A stretch of 64,000 bases of DNA from Candidatus Latescibacterota bacterium (GTDB lineage: Bacteria > Latescibacterota > UBA2968 > UBA8231): positions 2,336,001 through 2,400,000 of the forward strand of contig CBDAOB010000005.1 in NCBI GenBank assembly GCA_965197905.1, written 5' to 3'. Shown piece by piece: positions 57,432 to 64,000 of this stretch (position 1 is the first letter of the stretch; every line of letters starts with the position of its first letter). The translations under genes and the position numbers were made by a program. The notes beneath the pieces are model-generated. The model worked only from the letters and a program-made list of their open reading frames with translations. It did no database searches and had not been told where the DNA came from.

Positions 57432-58250
57432 ATGGGTGGGAGACTCGAGGGCAAAGTGGCGCTGGTGACCGGCGCCGGTTCGTGCGGCCCCGGTTGGGGA
57501 AATGGCAAAGCAACCGCTGTTCAGTTTGCCCGGGAAGGTGCAGCGGTATTCTGCGTGGATATCGATTTGAACGCCGCGAAGGAGACGACCCAGATCATCG
57601 AAGATGAAGGTGGTCGGACCACCAGCATCGAGTGTGACGTTGCCGACCGTACGGCGGTGGAAGGCATGATAGAGGCTTGTGTGAGCGAGTTCGGAAAGAT
57701 CGACGTGCTGCACAACAATGTTGGTATTATCGAACTCGGCGGAGCGGTGGACACCTCTGAAGAAAGCTGGGATCACGTTCTGGACGTGAATCTCAAAAGC
57801 ATGTTTCTAACCTGCAAGTTTGCGATTCCTCACATGCTGAACCATGGGGGTGGTGCGATCGTAAATATCGCCTCCTCCGTGGGCATCCGCTGGCACGGTG
57901 TAGCTTATATCTCATACTCCACCACCAAAGCGGCGATCATCCAGTTCACCAAGGTCGTCGCGCTCGAATACGCCGCCAGGAACATCCGTTGCAACTGCAT
58001 CCTTCCCGGATTCATCAATACCCCGCTGGTACGCGCCTCGTTAACCAAAGCGTATGCCGGCGCCGATTTCGACCAGATCGTAGCGGCCCGGGATGCACAG
58101 ATACCGTTAGGAAAAATGGGCGAGGCCTGGGACGTGGCCCACGCCGCCGTTTATCTCGCTTCCGACGAGGCTAAATTCGTTACCGGAGCCGAGCTGGTAG
58201 TCGACGGCGGCATGACCTGTCAGACGGTTGCCCCGGCCAAATCCGGGTGA
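57432..58250 (+). CDS. Short-chain dehydrogenase/reductase
   Basis: VTGAGS..G.GNG, HNNVG, YSTTK, ILPG; start ATG 57432. Confidence 0.95.
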   Translation: MGGRLEGKVALVTGAGSCGPGWGNGKATAVQFAREGAAVFCVDIDLNAAKETTQIIEDEGGRTTSIECDVADRTAVEGMIEACVSEFGKIDVLHNNVGIIELGGAVDTSEESWDHVLDVNLKSMFLTCKFAIPHMLNHGGGAIVNIASSVGIRWHGVAYISYSTTKAAIIQFTKVVALEYAARNIRCNCILPGFINTPLVRASLTKAYAGADFDQIVAARDAQIPLGKMGEAWDVAHAAVYLASDEAKFVTGAELVVDGGMTCQTVAPAKSG

Positions 58251-59267
58251 CTAGTCCTTCCACTGAAAAATCACGCCGAGCATCGTCTTGTCGCGGTTGA
58301 AGGCCATTTCGTACGCCTTCTGCATTTCGCTGTAGTGCAGTCGATGGGTAATCAGGCGCTTGGGTTCCAAACCACCGTCCTCCATGAGCGACAAAGTGTG
58401 GGCGGAGTTTCTCAATCTCGTAAAACGTTCCCCCTCCGCGGCCGGATAGAGATTACCACCATTCCCAGAGACCGCGATGAGCGAGATCCCTTTGTCGTAA
58501 AACCATTTCATGTGAAGGGGGTTGAAGTCCAGCGGTTTCTCTCCCCTTTCGGGCAAGCTGACGATAGAAACCCGTCCGCCGCGTCGCACGATCTCCACTG
58601 AGGTCTGGTAGGCAGGCCACGGGTTGGCGGTCAAAATCACCAGGTCGATGCCGGCGCCATCGGTGAACTCGTCCAACTTCGCATGTAGATCCGGATCACT
58701 GGACAGGAAACATGCGTGGGTGCCCATCTTGGCAGCCATCTCCATGCGCAGTTCGCTGTTGCCTATGCCGACGACTCGAGCGCCAAACAGCCTGCCCACG
58801 CCGATCGCCCCCATGCCCAGGGTTCCCAAACCCACGATCGCGACGTTCTCGCCCGGTCTGAACATCGCCTTGTGATAACAGTGGGCGCTTAGGGTATACA
58901 GATAGGTGTAGACCGCATCCTCTGAATCCACCCCTTCCGGCACCTTGACCATGGCGAGCTCCCGCTCGTCCGCCACGTATTCCGAACAGTGCCAGGTCTG
59001 CCCGGCAACGCGATCCCCTTCTTTCAGCCTTGTCACCGCACTGCCCACGCCGCGAACGATGCCCAGGTTGCTGTCCCCGACCGGGCGCGGATAAGTGGGT
59101 GCCCCCGGTACATCCTCCGCCCCTTCGTAGTTTCCCCTGTCGGTGCCGATCTTGAAGGCGGAAATCTGGGTCTCCACCCACACCTCGTGCGGTTTCAGAT
59201 TGCCGGTATCCAGCTCCTGATCCTCAACGCGCAAGTCTCTTGGTCCGTGCAGAATGGGAATCTTCAT
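58251..59267 (-). CDS. Medium-chain dehydrogenase/reductase (zinc-ADH fold)
   Basis: GroES-like N-domain, VGLGTLG Rossmann motif, LITHR; canonical C/GHE Zn ligands replaced. Confidence 0.85.
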   Translation of the reverse strand: MKIPILHGPRDLRVEDQELDTGNLKPHEVWVETQISAFKIGTDRGNYEGAEDVPGAPTYPRPVGDSNLGIVRGVGSAVTRLKEGDRVAGQTWHCSEYVADERELAMVKVPEGVDSEDAVYTYLYTLSAHCYHKAMFRPGENVAIVGLGTLGMGAIGVGRLFGARVVGIGNSELRMEMAAKMGTHACFLSSDPDLHAKLDEFTDGAGIDLVILTANPWPAYQTSVEIVRRGGRVSIVSLPERGEKPLDFNPLHMKWFYDKGISLIAVSGNGGNLYPAAEGERFTRLRNSAHTLSLMEDGGLEPKRLITHRLHYSEMQKAYEMAFNRDKTMLGVIFQWKD

Positions 59268-59296
59268 TGTAGCCTCCTATGTATGGTTGAGATGTA

Positions 59297-60256
59297 TCAC
59301 GAATTCCACAGATCGGTGGTGAGATATTTGAGACCGGAGTCGTTGATGAGAATCGCCACCACTCCGCCTTTTAACTCTCCTCGTAGCAGCTGCTGGGCGG
59401 CGGCAACGTTCGCCCCAGAAGAGAAACCGGCAAATATGCCTTCGTCACAAGCAAGCTGATGGCATGCGTCGATCGACTCCTGTGAGGTGACCTGCATGTA
59501 GCCATCCACATGCTCCGCATTGATCAGCTCGAGTTCGGGTCTGGAATAGCCACCGCCCTGGATGGGGTGACTGGGGCTGGTTACCGCCTGTCCGGACAGC
59601 ACCGCCGCCCCTTCTGGCTCCACAATGAAACACTTCACCTTGGAATCGTTCTCTTTGAAGGCGGCGGCGCACCCGGCGAAACTGCCACCGGAGCCGACGA
59701 AATCGCAAAAGCCGTCGATTCGACCGCCTGACCCAGCCAGGATCTCGGGCCCCGTGTGCAGATAATGAGACCGAAAGTTCCCCCGGTGAACGAACTGATC
59801 CGGGCGAAACGCTGCACGCTCTCGCGCCAGTCTCTCCGCCTCCACTTCCACCAGCTCTAGATCGGTCCCCGAAACCGAGTCGCTTCTCGACCCCGTGGCC
59901 TGGTCCACCAAGGCAACCTCCGCTCCGTATGCGCGCATCTGGCGCACCCGTTCTGTGCTGTTACCTTTGGACATCACGGCGACAAAGGGATACCCTTTGA
60001 TCGCACTGACGATGGCAAGACCGGTTCCGGTATTTCCGCTGGTCACCTCCACGATCGTCTGGCCCGGCTCGAGGTCACCCGCCGCCTCGGCGTCTTCAAC
60101 GATCTGCAATGCGATCCGATCCTTCTTCGAATACCCCGGGTTGAGATACTCCAGTTTCGCCAGGATTTCTCCCTCCATGTCCCTGGTCAACCGCGAAAGC
60201 CGCACCAGAGGAGTGTCCCCGATCGCCGCAAGCACCGATTCGAACGGCTTACTCAT
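59297..60256 (-). CDS. Cysteine synthase family PLP enzyme
   Basis: IGDTPLV, KLEYLNPG.SKKDR, TSGNTG, GSGG, EGIFAG.SSGA, DSG.KY. Confidence 0.92.
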   Translation of the reverse strand: MSKPFESVLAAIGDTPLVRLSRLTRDMEGEILAKLEYLNPGYSKKDRIALQIVEDAEAAGDLEPGQTIVEVTSGNTGTGLAIVSAIKGYPFVAVMSKGNSTERVRQMRAYGAEVALVDQATGSRSDSVSGTDLELVEVEAERLARERAAFRPDQFVHRGNFRSHYLHTGPEILAGSGGRIDGFCDFVGSGGSFAGCAAAFKENDSKVKCFIVEPEGAAVLSGQAVTSPSHPIQGGGYSRPELELINAEHVDGYMQVTSQESIDACHQLACDEGIFAGFSSGANVAAAQQLLRGELKGGVVAILINDSGLKYLTTDLWNS

Positions 60257-60337
60257 AACGATGATGCCCTGCCATCACCAGGCGATCGCAGGAACATTCG
60301 CACCCATACGCACGTCGCGCTGTTTCGGGCATCCGGA

Positions 60338-61210
60338 TTACTGGGGATAGATCAAATAACCCACGTGGTTGGTTCGGGCTCGAAAGAGACAGGCGCTGGC
60401 GGTGACGTAGAGCGTACTGAGATCTTTGTCACCGAAGGTGCAGTTGGTCGGCTTGTCCGCCGGCACAGGGTGAGTCGAGAGAACCCTCCCGTCGGGGGCG
60501 AACACGTAAATCATCGGACCCGGACCGCTATCCGACCACCCGGCCGTAGCGACTATATTTCCCTCGGTGTCAAGACACATGCCATCGATGCCCCGGTGTG
60601 GATAGAAGTTGTGCAGGACTTCGTACGGTCCGACCGATCCGTCTTGATCAATGCCGTACCGTCGGAGCTCCCTGCGATTGTCGACGCCGTAATGGCTTTG
60701 GGCGACGTAGAGCCACCTCAGATCCTGTGAAACCAGGAGGCCGTTCGGTTTGGTCGTGTCAAAGGTGACCCGTTCGTTATCCCAGGTTCCGTTTGCAGCA
60801 GGCGCGGCTCGGTAGATGGACTGATGCATCAGCTGCAGATCGGAAACCTCGGCAGTGTAGCGCGGATCGGTGAACCAGAGTCGGCCCTCCCCGTCGAAGG
60901 CGAGATCGTTGGGACTGTTCAGCCGCCGGCCTTCGAAGCTGTCCAAGACAACGGTCGTTTCACCGTTCACTTCGTAGCGACAGACCCGGCGGCCGCCACC
61001 TTCGCAACAGAACAGGGCTCCGTGTCGATCGAACATGAGGCCATTGCCCTCGTTGGTGCCCGTGCGGTCTTCGGTGCAATTTCCGGTCTCCGGATCGTAC
61101 CGCATGATCCGATTGTTCGGAATGTCGGTGAACAACAGACACACCCCATCCCAGGCGGGGCCCTCGGTGAACCCGAATGGCCCGGCCACCTTTTCGAACG
61201 TCCAGCTCAT
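60338..61210 (-). CDS. SMP-30/gluconolactonase family protein
   Basis: FTEGPAW, FTDIP, NGL, LNSPND, WFTDP, PNG, DGM, PTNC.FG. Confidence 0.95.
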   Translation of the reverse strand: MSWTFEKVAGPFGFTEGPAWDGVCLLFTDIPNNRIMRYDPETGNCTEDRTGTNEGNGLMFDRHGALFCCEGGGRRVCRYEVNGETTVVLDSFEGRRLNSPNDLAFDGEGRLWFTDPRYTAEVSDLQLMHQSIYRAAPAANGTWDNERVTFDTTKPNGLLVSQDLRWLYVAQSHYGVDNRRELRRYGIDQDGSVGPYEVLHNFYPHRGIDGMCLDTEGNIVATAGWSDSGPGPMIYVFAPDGRVLSTHPVPADKPTNCTFGDKDLSTLYVTASACLFRARTNHVGYLIYPQ

Positions 61211-61378
61211 ACAGCCTCCGATACCACCATTGAGCTTGAGTAGCCTTCACGCAGCCGAACGCTGAATATATCCAGCGCCAGGTCCTGCCTCAAGACGGGC
61301 AAGCGGGATTGCTCGGCCCAAGATAGGTGAATATCTTTGCAGCCCCGTCGGGACACTGTTCATAATCCGGAGAAAGCT

Positions 61379-62554
61379 ATGGCCGGCACTGCAGGACTGG
61401 AATTCAGGAAAGGACCAGAGCGGCCGTTTCAGGCCCTTAGAGCGCTCTCGGTCCAATTCGTCTCGTTCATGATCGAGAAGGGGCTGGAAGGGCAAAAACT
61501 CGACAAGATCGTCAATGGATTTACCCGCCACCAGACCAAGATCGTGGGTGGAGTATTGGGCAGTGCCGGCCTTGCTGGCGGGGCCTGGGCAGCGGCCTCC
61601 GTTTGGGCCAGTTCCCTCGGCCTTTGGGGCAGCCTTGGGTACGCGTTGGGTTTTGTGTCCATGCCGTTCTGGGTCCCCTTCGCCGGAGGGGTTGCGGGTT
61701 TGACGGCTGCCGGTGGAGCCGTCTACGGGGCTCTGAGTCTGGCACGAAGCAGGGGTAAAGTCCACAAACTCCAGAGCATCATTGGGTTCAGCAAGCTCCT
61801 CATCAACCAGGACGAGTTTCGCGCTCAGGATCTGCGGCTGATGCAGAGGTTTCTCAGGGCCCAGAATGTCAAGGAGAAACAGATAGAAACCCTGCTGCAG
61901 ACCTCTCCAGAACTAGCACAGCAGCTGGCGCTCAAACATCTTTCCGTTACCGAAAGAACGGACGTTGCACGCTATATCTTTCCGCTGGTCTATGTGAACG
62001 ACGGCGTAATCTCGAACGCTGGTCGTCGCAGATTTAACCGGGTCTGCGAAGCGCTACAGCTGAAAAACGGATCGGCATCCGACCTTTCGAGTCGATACCG
62101 ACAAAGACTGGATGCGCAGTGGGCTTATATGAAGAATCTCGTCGCCCAACTCAATCAGTTTGCCGACAAACTCTCCTTTGACCACCGGGAAATGGAGATA
62201 CTCCGTGAGCAGCTGGAACAGCTGGTGCAGTTCGATCCTCGTAGACCGGCGGCGGAGAAAAAGAAACTGCTGGTTGCGCGGTTGGGCGCCAAGGGCAAGA
62301 ATGCGCGGCTCAATAGGGACGATTCGATGGTGGAAGCGGCGGTGATGGGTGCCTACGCGCTCGCCCACACGGCGGTTCAGAGTGAGCGATCCAGGATCGT
62401 GCTCGCAAACGAGTTCGACTTGCTGATCAGCGACCAGGAGCTGGCGGAAGAATACAAAAAAAGCCTCAGGAACAGTCGCCAGAAAGTAGACAAGCTCTAC
62501 GACACGACCAGAGAGCAAATCGCCATGGCGGCGAAGAAGAACAAGAATAACTGA
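61379..62554 (+). CDS. Hypothetical protein: Gly-rich hydrophobic hairpin plus TerB-like helical region
   Basis: About 60-aa Gly/Ala hydrophobic stretch; DGVIS..G...F..VCEAL.L TerB-like motif; start uncertain. Confidence 0.7.
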   Translation: MAGTAGLEFRKGPERPFQALRALSVQFVSFMIEKGLEGQKLDKIVNGFTRHQTKIVGGVLGSAGLAGGAWAAASVWASSLGLWGSLGYALGFVSMPFWVPFAGGVAGLTAAGGAVYGALSLARSRGKVHKLQSIIGFSKLLINQDEFRAQDLRLMQRFLRAQNVKEKQIETLLQTSPELAQQLALKHLSVTERTDVARYIFPLVYVNDGVISNAGRRRFNRVCEALQLKNGSASDLSSRYRQRLDAQWAYMKNLVAQLNQFADKLSFDHREMEILREQLEQLVQFDPRRPAAEKKKLLVARLGAKGKNARLNRDDSMVEAAVMGAYALAHTAVQSERSRIVLANEFDLLISDQELAEEYKKSLRNSRQKVDKLYDTTREQIAMAAKKNKNN

Positions 62555-62557
62555 GCA

Positions 62558-64000
<1,443 letters not shown>

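Overview
GC-rich, densely coding bacterial chromosome segment with about 70 CDS. I saw no rRNA, tRNA, CRISPR array or mobile element. A T9SS/FlgD-Ig-type C-terminal domain protein, together with PhyH, SDR, heparinase-like and CBM9-like genes, suggests an FCB-superphylum candidate lineage such as Latescibacterota (inference only). Main blocks: (1) 1-10 kb: a FadR/GntR regulator divergent from a corrinoid methyl-transfer operon (unknown duplicated-CGxxH protein, MtaA/CmuA-family methyltransferase, corrinoid protein, RACo-type activator, MetF-MetV fusion, pterin-binding methyltransferase, Virulence_fact-like small protein) coupled to mnmG. (2) 11-26 kb: housekeeping and catabolic genes, including a frameshifted heparinase-like gene. 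(3) 26-32 kb: a signalling operon (YkgJ-like, HDOD, ATPase-less PAS-HisKA, NTT/MFS-HEAT-cNMP fusion). (4) 34-36 kb: an Ala-rich lipoprotein, an L,D-transpeptidase and an apparently catalytically dead paralogue. (5) 38-50 kb: core genes (apgM, recJ, rsmB, rpe, ffh, rpsP, rimM, trmD, rplS). (6) amtB-glnK-purF-like genes, assorted enzymes and a partial metG. The best candidates for undescribed systems are the corrinoid methyltransferase operon, which has no recognisable substrate-specific MT1 or homocysteine domain, and the lipoprotein/LDT/pseudo-LDT envelope module. All family assignments come from motif recognition by eye, not from database searches.
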